Source: Campylobacteraceae bacterium
Lineage (GTDB): Bacteria > Campylobacterota > Campylobacteria > Campylobacterales > JALSKU01
Direction: 5' to 3'
Assembly (NCBI GenBank): GCA_015488975.1
Contig: WFMT01000201.1
Coordinates: 1 to 33,855, forward strand
Length of the DNA stretch: 33,855 nucleotides
The translations under genes and the position numbers were made by a program. The notes beneath the pieces were generated by a model that was not told the DNA's origin, did no database searches, and saw nothing but the letters and a program-made list of their open reading frames with translations. Positions 17,743 to 26,336 of this stretch are shown piece after piece (the stretch's first letter is position 1; every line of letters starts with the position of its first letter).

Positions 17743-19038
17743 ATGGATAATTTATCTTTAAAACAAAGAGATTTAAAAAATATATGGCATCCTTGCAGTC
17801 AAATGAAGGATTATGAAAGACTACCTTTGATACCCATTAAAAATGCAGAAGGTGTTTATTTGGAAGATTTTGACGGCAATAAATATCTTGATGCTATCAG
17901 TTCCTGGTGGGTAAATTTATTTGGACATAAGAATCCTTATATTAATGAGAAGTTAAAAAACCAAATTGATACTTTAGAACATGTTATTTTCGCAGGTTTT
18001 ACACATGAGCCTATTATAAGACTTTCAGAAAGACTTGTTGCCCTGACTCCAAAAAATCTGACAAAATGTTTTTATGCTGATAACGGTTCAAGTGCTGTCG
18101 AAGTTGCATTGAAGATGAGCTTTCATTATCATAAAAACAAGGGGCTTACAAAACCGTATTTTGTTTCATTGACAAACTCTTATCACGGAGAGACAATCGG
18201 AGCATTATCGCTTGGGGATTTGGGTATATATAAACAAAGTTATAAAGAAATTTTGATAAAATCCATAAAAACCGAGGTGCCAAAAGATAAAAGCGAGGAA
18301 GAATCTATCATTGCTGCAAACAAGTTGAGAGAATTGTTTGAAAAAAGAGCCGATGAAATTTCTGCATTTATTCTCGAACCTTTAGTTCAATGTGCAGGAG
18401 GCATGCACATGTACTCACCTTTGTTTTTGAAGTTGGCTTTTAAATTATGTAAAGAGTTTGGTATACATTTTATAGCAGATGAGATTGCGGTTGGTTTTGG
18501 AAGAACAGGTAGTATGTTTGCTGTTGAAAGTGCTGGGATAGAACCGGATTTTATGACACTAAGCAAAGGTATCACCGGTGGATACTTACCGCTGTCAGTT
18601 GTTATGATAGAAGAACAGATGTATGATAGTTTTTATTGTGATTATAATTTACACAAATCTTTTCTTCACTCACACTCATATACGGGAAATGCATTATCTT
18701 GTTCAGTTGCTAATGCTGTTCTTGATATATTTGAAAAAGATAATATTATAGAATCAAATAAAATAAAAAGTCAATATATAAGCAATAAATTGGTAAAATT
18801 TTTAGAGTTGGAAAAAGTAGAGTCCATCAGACAAACCGGTATGATAGCTGCTGTCTCTATAAAAGGCTATAAAACTGATGAGCGAGTTGGCTTGCGAGTT
18901 TATGAGTATGGATTGAAAAATGGAGTTTTGCTGAGACCTTTAGGTAATGTAATATACTTTATGCCGCCATACACAATCAACAATAAAGAGATTGATAAAA
19001 TGATGAGCGTTGCTTATGAAGCTATAAATATGTTATAA
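17743..19038 (+). CDS. bioA: Adenosylmethionine-8-amino-7-oxononanoate aminotransferase
   Basis: IWHPCSQMKD, SSWWVNLFGH, DEIAVGFGRTG, and LSKGITGGYLPLS (PLP lysine). I prefer ATG 17743 (AGGGA Shine-Dalgarno upstream) over the TTG at 17710 in the ORF track. Confidence 0.9.
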   Translation: MDNLSLKQRDLKNIWHPCSQMKDYERLPLIPIKNAEGVYLEDFDGNKYLDAISSWWVNLFGHKNPYINEKLKNQIDTLEHVIFAGFTHEPIIRLSERLVALTPKNLTKCFYADNGSSAVEVALKMSFHYHKNKGLTKPYFVSLTNSYHGETIGALSLGDLGIYKQSYKEILIKSIKTEVPKDKSEEESIIAANKLRELFEKRADEISAFILEPLVQCAGGMHMYSPLFLKLAFKLCKEFGIHFIADEIAVGFGRTGSMFAVESAGIEPDFMTLSKGITGGYLPLSVVMIEEQMYDSFYCDYNLHKSFLHSHSYTGNALSCSVANAVLDIFEKDNIIESNKIKSQYISNKLVKFLELEKVESIRQTGMIAAVSIKGYKTDERVGLRVYEYGLKNGVLLRPLGNVIYFMPPYTINNKEIDKMMSVAYEAINML

Positions 19039-19062
19039 TTTTATTACAATAGAAGGAGATTT

Positions 19063-19872
19063 TTGGTGTCAAGAAAGATTACAAAGATATCGGTAATTAG
19101 TATTTTCATTTTATTTGTTGCCTTTGGGATAAGTTTTTTTTTAAGTCAAAATAAAAAGGTTATTGCATCAAAAGATTATGGAACATATATAACACCTGCT
19201 TTGGTGTATATTAAGCCTGGAAGTTTTCTGATGGGTTCAGATTTGAAAAATAAAAATGAAAAACCTTTGCATAAAGTGATTATCAAAAAAGGTTTTTATA
19301 TGGGTAAATATGATGTTACATTTAAGGAATATGATAAATTTTGCAAAGATACAAAAAGGAAAAAACCAAGTGATGAAGGATACGGAAGAGGAAACATGCC
19401 TGTTATAAATGTAAGTTGGAATGATGCCAAAGCTTATGCAAAATGGTTAAGTAAAAAAACAAAAATGGATTATGAACTACCGACAGAAGCTCAGTGGGAA
19501 TATGCAGCAAGAGCTGGAACTACAACCAAATGGAGTTTTGGTGATGATGTAGAAAAATTAAAAGACTATGCATGGTATAAAAAGAATTCCAATAACAGAC
19601 CTCATTTAGTAGGTTTAAAAAAACCAAATCCCTGGGGGCTATATGACATGTATGGTAATGTTTGGCAGTGGTGCAGGGATAGATATATTTTCGGTTATAA
19701 AAATACGCCAAGAGATGGAAGCGCAAATACCTCTGGCAATCAAATAGACAGAGTTCTTCGTGGTGGCTCATGGTTTAATGATGCTAAATATTTATATTCA
19801 TTCCACCGATACGGATATGTACCAAAAGGTGCCGGTAGTGTTTTTGGATTTCGTTTGGTTAGAAACTTATAA
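19063..19872 (+). CDS. Membrane-anchored periplasmic FGE-sulfatase-fold (SUMF1/PvdO-like) protein
   Basis: 269 aa. N-terminal TM anchor. NVSWNDAKAYAKWLS, LPTEAQWEYAARAG, NPWGLYDMYGNVWQWC, LRGGSW and FGFRLV blocks are typical of the FGE-sulfatase domain. The start is TTG 19063 or GTG 19066, after an AAGGAG. Confidence 0.8.
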   Translation: MVSRKITKISVISIFILFVAFGISFFLSQNKKVIASKDYGTYITPALVYIKPGSFLMGSDLKNKNEKPLHKVIIKKGFYMGKYDVTFKEYDKFCKDTKRKKPSDEGYGRGNMPVINVSWNDAKAYAKWLSKKTKMDYELPTEAQWEYAARAGTTTKWSFGDDVEKLKDYAWYKKNSNNRPHLVGLKKPNPWGLYDMYGNVWQWCRDRYIFGYKNTPRDGSANTSGNQIDRVLRGGSWFNDAKYLYSFHRYGYVPKGAGSVFGFRLVRNL

Positions 19873-19890
19873 TAATATAGGAGAGAAATT

Positions 19891-20328
19891 GTGAAAAAGA
19901 TTATTTTATTGATTGCTTTATCTATTTTTGCCTTTGGTAAGATGCAGTTTTCAAATCCACAACCGACATTTATGAATCCTAGAAAATGGGTTATTAAAAT
20001 GCATATTAGCAACTTATCCACAGTTAATGAAACTTTGGGTGCTATTTATAATGTACTTAAAGAGTATCCCTCGGATTCACTTAAAGTAGCGGTGATTTGT
20101 TATGGAAAAGGAATGAGAGTTCTTAAAAAAGATTATGATCCTCATACACTGTTAAGGATAAAATCTCTAATGGCTTATGGTGTTGAATTTGTTGCCTGTA
20201 AAAATACAATGGCTACGATGAAATGGACGAAAAAAGATATTATAAGCGGTGTTTCTTATGTGCAAGCAGGCATAGCTGAAGTTATTGAAAGAGTTGCTGG
20301 TGGATGGATAGATGTTACACCGTATTAA
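19891..20328 (+). CDS. Secreted DsrE/DsrF-like family protein (COG1416-type)
   Basis: 145 aa. Signal peptide MKKIILLIALSIFAFG. VAVICYGKGM and the conserved-Cys block EFVACKNTM, then a GW..V.PY C-terminus, as in DsrE-like proteins. GTG start after an AGGAGA. Confidence 0.7.
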   Translation: MKKIILLIALSIFAFGKMQFSNPQPTFMNPRKWVIKMHISNLSTVNETLGAIYNVLKEYPSDSLKVAVICYGKGMRVLKKDYDPHTLLRIKSLMAYGVEFVACKNTMATMKWTKKDIISGVSYVQAGIAEVIERVAGGWIDVTPY

Positions 20329-20337
20329 AGGTTCTAT

Positions 20338-21252
20338 ATGAAAACTCCACACATTCCGGTTTTACTGGATGAAGTGAAAAATGTATTTAGTGATATTGAA
20401 AACGGTTATATAATTGATTGTACTTTGGGGTATGGAGGTCATAGCGAAGCTTTGCTCGAATTAAATGAAAATTCAAGATTGATATGTGTTGATCAAGATA
20501 AAGAAGCGATAGAATTTTCTAAAAAAAGGCTTAAAAGATTTTCAGAAAGAATAATATTTGAAAATGATAAATTTTCCAATATCATACAAAAATACAAAGA
20601 TAAAAATATAAATGGTATATTAGCTGATATAGGAGTCTCTTCATTACAACTTGACAAAAAGGGCAGAGGTTTTGGATTTGATTCAGATTTACTTGATATG
20701 AGAATGAATCAAGAAAGTAATTTGAGTGCTTATGAAGTTGTAAATCACTACTCTAAAATGAAACTTGAAGAAATTTTTAGGGAATATGGCGAAATAAGAG
20801 AATACAAAAAGATAGCTGATATTATATGCAGATATAGGGAGAAGGAGCATATAAAAAGTGCAAAAGAATTAGCTGATATAATACAAAAGCATTTTAAAAG
20901 AGGAAAAATACATTCAGCTACTTTGGTATTTCAAGCTATTAGAATAGAAGTTAATGATGAATTAGGCGAACTTGATACTTTGCTTGAATCTATAAAACAA
21001 GCATCTTTAAGTAATGTTAAGATTGCTGTTATAACTTTTCATTCATTAGAAGACAGAATTGTAAAAAGAACTTTTAAACAGTGGAATAAAAACTGTATTT
21101 GTCCTCCTGAAGTATACAGATGTGAATGTGGCAATAACCATTCTTTAGGAAATATACTAACCAAAAAGCCTATAATTCCGACAAAAGCAGAGATAAAACA
21201 AAATCGCAGAAGCAGGAGTGCTAAGATGAGAGTTTTTTATATTAATGAATAA
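20338..21252 (+). CDS. rsmH: 16S rRNA (cytosine1402-N4)-methyltransferase
   Basis: 304 aa. HIPVLLDEV, DCTLGYGGHS, DIGVSSLQLD, ITFHSLEDRIVK and RSRSAKMRV blocks. Confidence 0.93.
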   Translation: MKTPHIPVLLDEVKNVFSDIENGYIIDCTLGYGGHSEALLELNENSRLICVDQDKEAIEFSKKRLKRFSERIIFENDKFSNIIQKYKDKNINGILADIGVSSLQLDKKGRGFGFDSDLLDMRMNQESNLSAYEVVNHYSKMKLEEIFREYGEIREYKKIADIICRYREKEHIKSAKELADIIQKHFKRGKIHSATLVFQAIRIEVNDELGELDTLLESIKQASLSNVKIAVITFHSLEDRIVKRTFKQWNKNCICPPEVYRCECGNNHSLGNILTKKPIIPTKAEIKQNRRSRSAKMRVFYINE

Positions 21253-21583
21253 GTTGGTAGAAGATGATTTTTTAATGATAACAAAAAACAAGAAGAAGAT
21301 AAAAAAATCTAAATATAAACTTTTAGATGAGATTGAATCAAGTAGAAATAATAATGTAGAGAACCTCAGTTTTAAGCTTTTAATTAGTGTATTTTTAGTA
21401 TTGTTTACGGTTTTAATTATTGTATTACCTAAAATTTATTTAAAAAATGAGATATATTATAAAAGTAGAGATATCAGCAAACTTTATAACGAGTATTCCA
21501 TATTAAAAGAAGAGAATAGAGTATTAAAAAGAAAACTTGAATATATGAAATTTAAAAATAGAGTTTTAGATACAATATTTTAA
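21245..21583 (+). CDS. Small bitopic membrane protein with periplasmic coiled coil (FtsL-like candidate)
   Basis: 112 aa. Basic N-terminus, a single TM helix (LLISVFLVLFTVLIIVLP), then a heptad-like segment (LYNEYSILKEENRVLKRKLEYMKF). It overlaps the rsmH end by 8 nt, where ftsL sits in dcw clusters. There is no sequence-level proof of orthology. Confidence 0.45.
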   Translation: MNKLVEDDFLMITKNKKKIKKSKYKLLDEIESSRNNNVENLSFKLLISVFLVLFTVLIIVLPKIYLKNEIYYKSRDISKLYNEYSILKEENRVLKRKLEYMKFKNRVLDTIF

Positions 21584-21600
21584 GAAAATTTGGAAAAAAA

Positions 21601-24600
21601 ATGATAAAAAAATTTATAACTTTTGGTGTTGATAAGCCAGTACTAAATCACATATTTCTTATATTTTTATTGGTTTTGTCGATTTTTTCATACAATAAGA
21701 TTCCAAAAGAAATATTTCCCTCTTCACAACTTGATACTATCGTGATAACTGGAGGTTATCCCGGAGCCAGTCCTGATATACTTGATAAAATGGTGGTAAA
21801 AAATATAGAAGATGGTGTGAGAAATTTGAGTAATATTGATGATATAACAAGCACCATTAAAAATAGTTTTTTTATGATAAAAGTTGATTTGAAAAAAGGT
21901 GCAAATCAAATAGAATTATTAAATGATATCAAAGATATTATATCAAACCAAAGAAGATACTTACCAAGTGATATGAACGAGCCTGTGGCAAAAATATTAC
22001 AAAAAAGTTTTCCTTTGATAACTGCTACAATATCATCAAAAAGTGCTTCAAAACAAGAGTTACTTGATTTAGCTGAAAAATTAAAAAACAGATTGTCTCA
22101 AATCTCAAATCTAAGTGATATACAAATAAGAGGAAATGCTGATTTGGAACTGGTTTTTGATATAAATGATAAAAAGATAGAAGCATACGGACTAAATAAG
22201 CAAAGTGTTATATCTGCGCTTGCCAATATCAGCTCCATATTTCCAGTAGGAATCATAAAAGAAAAGGCAAATCATCTTTTTTTAAGCACTATAAATGGTC
22301 AAAAAAATATACAAAAAATCAAAAATACAATCATCAATATAAATGGTAAAAAACTTAGGATAAAAGATATAGCCAAGGTAGATTTTAAGTTGAGCGATTT
22401 GAGTGAAGTTTCACATTTTAATGGAGAGCCAAATGTTGCCATAAATATCAAAAAAGCCGAACAAGGCGATGCTATAAAATTGGTTAAACAGGTAAAACAA
22501 GTTTTAAAACAATACAAAAAAAGATATAAGAATTACAATTTTGATACTTATACAGACACTTCTATCTGGATAAGAAATAGGCTCAATACTGTTATATCAA
22601 ATATAATTTTCGGTCTTATTTTAGTTACGCTTGCGGTATATATCTTTGTAAGTGGAAGAATCGCTTTTGTAGTTGGTCTTGGTATACCGGTTAGTTTTAT
22701 GATTGGTTTGATTGCTACAAAAATGCTTGGGTATTCTTTAAATATGCTCTCTTTGCTCGGTGCTTTGATGGCTCTGGGAATGCTCGTAGATGAAGCGATA
22801 GTGGTCGCAGAGAATATATACAGGCATTTGGAAAAAGGTGATGACAGCAGAAGCGCGGCTATAAACGGTGCAGCTGAAATGTTTCCAGCTGTTGTAACAG
22901 CAACAACAACAACGATATTTGCCTTTTTACCATTGCTTATAGTAAGTGGTCAGATGGGGCTTTTTATAAGGATTATTCCTATTATGATATCTGTTTTATT
23001 GCTTAGCTCTTTATTCGAAGCATTTTTCTTTTTACCTTTGCATGCAAAAGAGTTTTTAAAAGCACATAAACAAAAAAATAGAACTAAAAAGTTTTGGGAT
23101 ATGTGCAAAACGGCATATTCAAGCTTTATGAAAATTGCATTAAAATATAAAAAAACTACTTTAATTTTATTTTTAGTGCCTACTGTTTTGTTGAGTGTAA
23201 TTATGCTTAAAAACAGTAAATTCCAACTTTTTCCGGATTTTGACAATACTCAAATATTTCTTAAAGGTAAAGTTGGAGTCAACAACGATCTGTACCAAAC
23301 ACAAAAATTAGTTACAAAAATTGAAAAAGTTTTACTTTCAAAATTACCAAAAAATGATATAGCCTCTATAACTTCGATAACTGGCATGAAATTGGATAAT
23401 AAATTTAGACCCGATATAGCTGAGAATAATTTTCAAATCTTTATAAATCTTCATGAAAGAAAACCGGAAAACTTTTTTGGCAAATATATCAATCCTTACC
23501 TTTCGCCATCTTATGATGGTAAAGATATGATAAGAACACTAAGTGCAAAAAAGATAGCTAAAATAGTTAAAAATATAACCAAAAAACTTGCAAAGAATAA
23601 AGCATATAAAGAATTTAGTATAGAAGTTCCCGGTGCAGGGATAGTAAAAAGTGATATTGAGATATCATTCAGTGCAGACACAAAAGATATAAAAAAAGCT
23701 ATAAAGCTGACTGAAGATAAGATGAAAACCATAAAGGGTGTATTCAATATAACCGATGATATGCTCTCTGGTGAAAAAGAGTTGAAATTAAAAGTTAACA
23801 AATATGGACAAAGTTTGGGATTTAACGAAATTATTATCTCTTCAATCTTGAAAAATTTATTTCAAAAAGCAGAAATCGGTAAAATGTTTAAAAAAGGAAA
23901 ATTAGTTAAAATAAAAGCAGAAATTATCAATAAAGATAACTTTCAGACATTAAAAAATCTTTATATAAATATACCCGGCAGTCTTAAAAAAGTAAGACTT
24001 AGTGAGGTTGTTGATTTTATTTACAAACCAAGCTATACTGAAATTTACAAAGATAACGGAAAAAAGATTAGAACAGTGTTTGGTTCGTTAAATAAAGATC
24101 AGTTGACTTCTGCTGGCTTTATTAAAAAAATGAAAACAACTTTTAACACCATTAAAAAAATGGGAGTAGATATAGATATCAAAGGAGAACAAAAATCAAA
24201 TACCCAAGTGCAAAAAGAGATGGCAGAAGCCGGTGTAATAGCGCTGTTTCTTATATTTATAGCTTTAGTATGGATGTTTAATTCAGGCATACTTTCTCTT
24301 ATCGTTTTAAGTACCATACCTTTGTCAATAATCGGTGTTCTTATTGGCAATCTTATAATGGGGATAAATTTAACTATGCCTGGACTTTTAGGTTTGGTCG
24401 GATTAAGCGGGGTTGTTGTAAATGATGGGATTATAATGGTTGATTTCATTAAAAATAGTAAAATTAAAGATGAAGTTGTTCACCTTGCTTCTTTAAGGCT
24501 AAGACCCATATATTTGACTTCTGTCACAACTGTCTTGGGACTTATGACGCTTATGTTTTTTGCATCAGGTCAGTCAGTAATCCTTCAGCCTATGGCGATA

Positions 24601-24687
24601 GCACTTGGCTTTGGCGTTACCTGGGCCACTGTGTTAAATCTATTTTATGTACCGGTTTTGTATTCAGTAATTTATAGGGTAAAATAA
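21601..24687 (+). CDS. RND-family efflux transporter permease (AcrB/AcrD/AcrF type)
   Basis: 1028 aa. AcrB-like N-terminus (..KPVLNHIFLIFLLVLSIFSYNKIPKEIFPSSQLDTIVITGGYPGASPDILDKMV..). Two large soluble loops and two TM bundles, including the LGMLVDEAIVVAENIY and GVVVNDGIIMVDF motifs. Confidence 0.9.
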   Translation: MIKKFITFGVDKPVLNHIFLIFLLVLSIFSYNKIPKEIFPSSQLDTIVITGGYPGASPDILDKMVVKNIEDGVRNLSNIDDITSTIKNSFFMIKVDLKKGANQIELLNDIKDIISNQRRYLPSDMNEPVAKILQKSFPLITATISSKSASKQELLDLAEKLKNRLSQISNLSDIQIRGNADLELVFDINDKKIEAYGLNKQSVISALANISSIFPVGIIKEKANHLFLSTINGQKNIQKIKNTIININGKKLRIKDIAKVDFKLSDLSEVSHFNGEPNVAINIKKAEQGDAIKLVKQVKQVLKQYKKRYKNYNFDTYTDTSIWIRNRLNTVISNIIFGLILVTLAVYIFVSGRIAFVVGLGIPVSFMIGLIATKMLGYSLNMLSLLGALMALGMLVDEAIVVAENIYRHLEKGDDSRSAAINGAAEMFPAVVTATTTTIFAFLPLLIVSGQMGLFIRIIPIMISVLLLSSLFEAFFFLPLHAKEFLKAHKQKNRTKKFWDMCKTAYSSFMKIALKYKKTTLILFLVPTVLLSVIMLKNSKFQLFPDFDNTQIFLKGKVGVNNDLYQTQKLVTKIEKVLLSKLPKNDIASITSITGMKLDNKFRPDIAENNFQIFINLHERKPENFFGKYINPYLSPSYDGKDMIRTLSAKKIAKIVKNITKKLAKNKAYKEFSIEVPGAGIVKSDIEISFSADTKDIKKAIKLTEDKMKTIKGVFNITDDMLSGEKELKLKVNKYGQSLGFNEIIISSILKNLFQKAEIGKMFKKGKLVKIKAEIINKDNFQTLKNLYINIPGSLKKVRLSEVVDFIYKPSYTEIYKDNGKKIRTVFGSLNKDQLTSAGFIKKMKTTFNTIKKMGVDIDIKGEQKSNTQVQKEMAEAGVIALFLIFIALVWMFNSGILSLIVLSTIPLSIIGVLIGNLIMGINLTMPGLLGLVGLSGVVVNDGIIMVDFIKNSKIKDEVVHLASLRLRPIYLTSVTTVLGLMTLMFFASGQSVILQPMAIALGFGVTWATVLNLFYVPVLYSVIYRVK

Positions 24688-24717
24688 GCTATAATTCATA
24701 TTTTATGGAAGGAGTTT

Positions 24718-25002
24718 ATGAAGATGTGGTTGGAAGATGATGATATATTTGGCGGAAAGCCTGAAAAGAAATTTTTTGATATTATTTTTAATGCAAATAG
24801 AAATCTAGTTCAAGATGAGTTGAATAATTCTGTTAGAAAAGTCGCTGCCTTAGAGCTTTTACTTGAAGAAATGCTCACAGAAGATAAAGATACTGATGCT
24901 ATTATAAATAATTATGTTTTTAAAAATCAAGATAAAGTAAATCAAAGAACTGACAATCTTTATATAGAAATGATGGGAAATATTTTAACACAGAATGAAT
25001 AG
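24718..25002 (+). CDS. Small acidic cytoplasmic protein, function unknown
   Basis: 94 aa. No TM helix or signal peptide, predicted helical. GGAG Shine-Dalgarno 6 nt upstream of the ATG. The 3' end overlaps the next gene by 8 nt, which supports real translation. Confidence 0.55.
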   Translation: MKMWLEDDDIFGGKPEKKFFDIIFNANRNLVQDELNNSVRKVAALELLLEEMLTEDKDTDAIINNYVFKNQDKVNQRTDNLYIEMMGNILTQNE

Positions 25003-25441
25003 GTTTTTTATTTTTTTATTTTTTATTTCATCTATAAATTTACAGGCGGCGGCAAAATGGAAATATCAGTATCAATTTGATTTGAAAAAAGACCAAATTG
25101 CCAAAGTCCACATATCGTACAAGAATAAAAGTATATTTTTGAAAAATGGTGAGTTTGACTTTAGGTGGACACTGTATAAAACTGGTTCACTTATAACTTT
25201 TAGCAGTTATCAAAAAGTGCAATCTCAGCATGTTTTGCATTTGGGCTACAAATTAAACAGTTACAATGTTACCCTTGTGCCAAATGGAAGTTCTTTCTCA
25301 GATAGAATATATTTGACCGTAGTTTTTAATAGTTTTGATAAAGGTGCAGGTGTTGCAAAGATTGATATGTTTATAAAAGATGACAATAACAAAATATTGG
25401 CTGAATTTATAGATCCAAATAAGGATAAAAATGCTAAATAA
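24995..25441 (+). CDS. Secreted protein, function unknown
   Basis: 148 aa. Signal peptide MNRFFIFLFFISSINLQAAA, then a beta-rich-looking sequence. Overlaps both neighbouring genes (8 nt and 11 nt). Confidence 0.6.
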   Translation: MNRFFIFLFFISSINLQAAAKWKYQYQFDLKKDQIAKVHISYKNKSIFLKNGEFDFRWTLYKTGSLITFSSYQKVQSQHVLHLGYKLNSYNVTLVPNGSSFSDRIYLTVVFNSFDKGAGVAKIDMFIKDDNNKILAEFIDPNKDKNAK

Positions 25442-26327
25442 AGTTGATAAAATTATTAATGATTTTTTATTTGACTTGGAAAATGATAGAATTTTAAATT
25501 TATACAAAGAGATTTCCTCTGGTAAAAAATTGAGAGCCAAACTGATACTAAAAATAGCAGGAGATACTGAGGATGCCTGTTTTTTAGCTGCAATTGTTGA
25601 AATGATACAAATAGCAAGTTTATTACATGATGATGTGATTGATGATTCAGACACAAGACGCGGAAGAAGTTCAATAAATGCTATTTTTGGTAATAAAATA
25701 GCAATTATGTTAGGTGACATATTGTACTCAAAAGCTTTTTATGAGCTTAATTCATTGCCCAATGAAGTTTCAAAAATTATTTCAAATTCGGTAACAAAAC
25801 TTTCTATCGGAGAACTTTTGGATGTTGAACTTTCAAATAAATTTAATCCGGATAAGGATAAATACTTTGATATGATTTATAAAAAAACAGCATCTCTTAT
25901 AGAAGCGTCATCTTATGCCGCAGCATATATCGGTAAAAAAGATACTCATAAGTTTGCACTCTACGGCAAAAATCTTGGTCTGGCATTTCAGATAATAGAT
26001 GATATTTTGGATATTACAATGGATTCTAAAACTCTTGGAAAACCTGCACTGAGCGACTTTAAAGAAGGAAAAACGACATTGCCTTATATAATTCTTTATG
26101 AAGCATTAAATGAAGAAGAGAAGAAAAAGCTTGTGTCATTTTTTAAAAAGATGTTAAATACTGAAGAAAAAGAGTGGATTTTATATAAGATGAAAGAATA
26201 TAATGTCATCAAGAAGTCTTTGTCGATAGTTGAAGAGTTTGCAAAGAGTGCACTTTTGAGTATTAAAGAATATAAAAATAATGACTTGGAAAAGATTATT
26301 ACAGATATGGTTAAAAGAGAATATTAA
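25431..26327 (+). CDS. trans-Polyprenyl diphosphate synthase (IspB-like; chain length not determinable)
   Basis: 298 aa. First DDxxD motif LLHDDVIDDSDTRRG and second motif FQIIDDILD, plus GKPALSDFKEGKTTLP. Confidence 0.88.
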   Translation: MLNKVDKIINDFLFDLENDRILNLYKEISSGKKLRAKLILKIAGDTEDACFLAAIVEMIQIASLLHDDVIDDSDTRRGRSSINAIFGNKIAIMLGDILYSKAFYELNSLPNEVSKIISNSVTKLSIGELLDVELSNKFNPDKDKYFDMIYKKTASLIEASSYAAAYIGKKDTHKFALYGKNLGLAFQIIDDILDITMDSKTLGKPALSDFKEGKTTLPYIILYEALNEEEKKKLVSFFKKMLNTEEKEWILYKMKEYNVIKKSLSIVEEFAKSALLSIKEYKNNDLEKIITDMVKREY

Positions 26328-26336
26328 GGAAGTTAT

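Noticed and set aside
19134-19142. T9 homopolymer in the 5' TM-coding part of the FGE-fold gene, considered as a slipped-strand phase-variation tract. A second T9 lies at 10005-10013, near the aspartoacylase 3' end.
   Set aside because: A/T runs of 7-9 nt are frequent throughout this AT-rich window. Phase-variable tracts in Campylobacter are typically poly-G/C of 8 nt or more, and none is present. The longest C run is 6 nt, at 2390-2395 in rpoN.
25298-25720. 140-aa minus-strand ORF spanning the junction of the secreted unknown protein and the polyprenyl synthase gene.
   Set aside because: Both plus-strand genes are supported (signal peptide; DDxxD motifs) and overlap each other. The minus-strand product has shadow-ORF composition and no ribosome-binding site.
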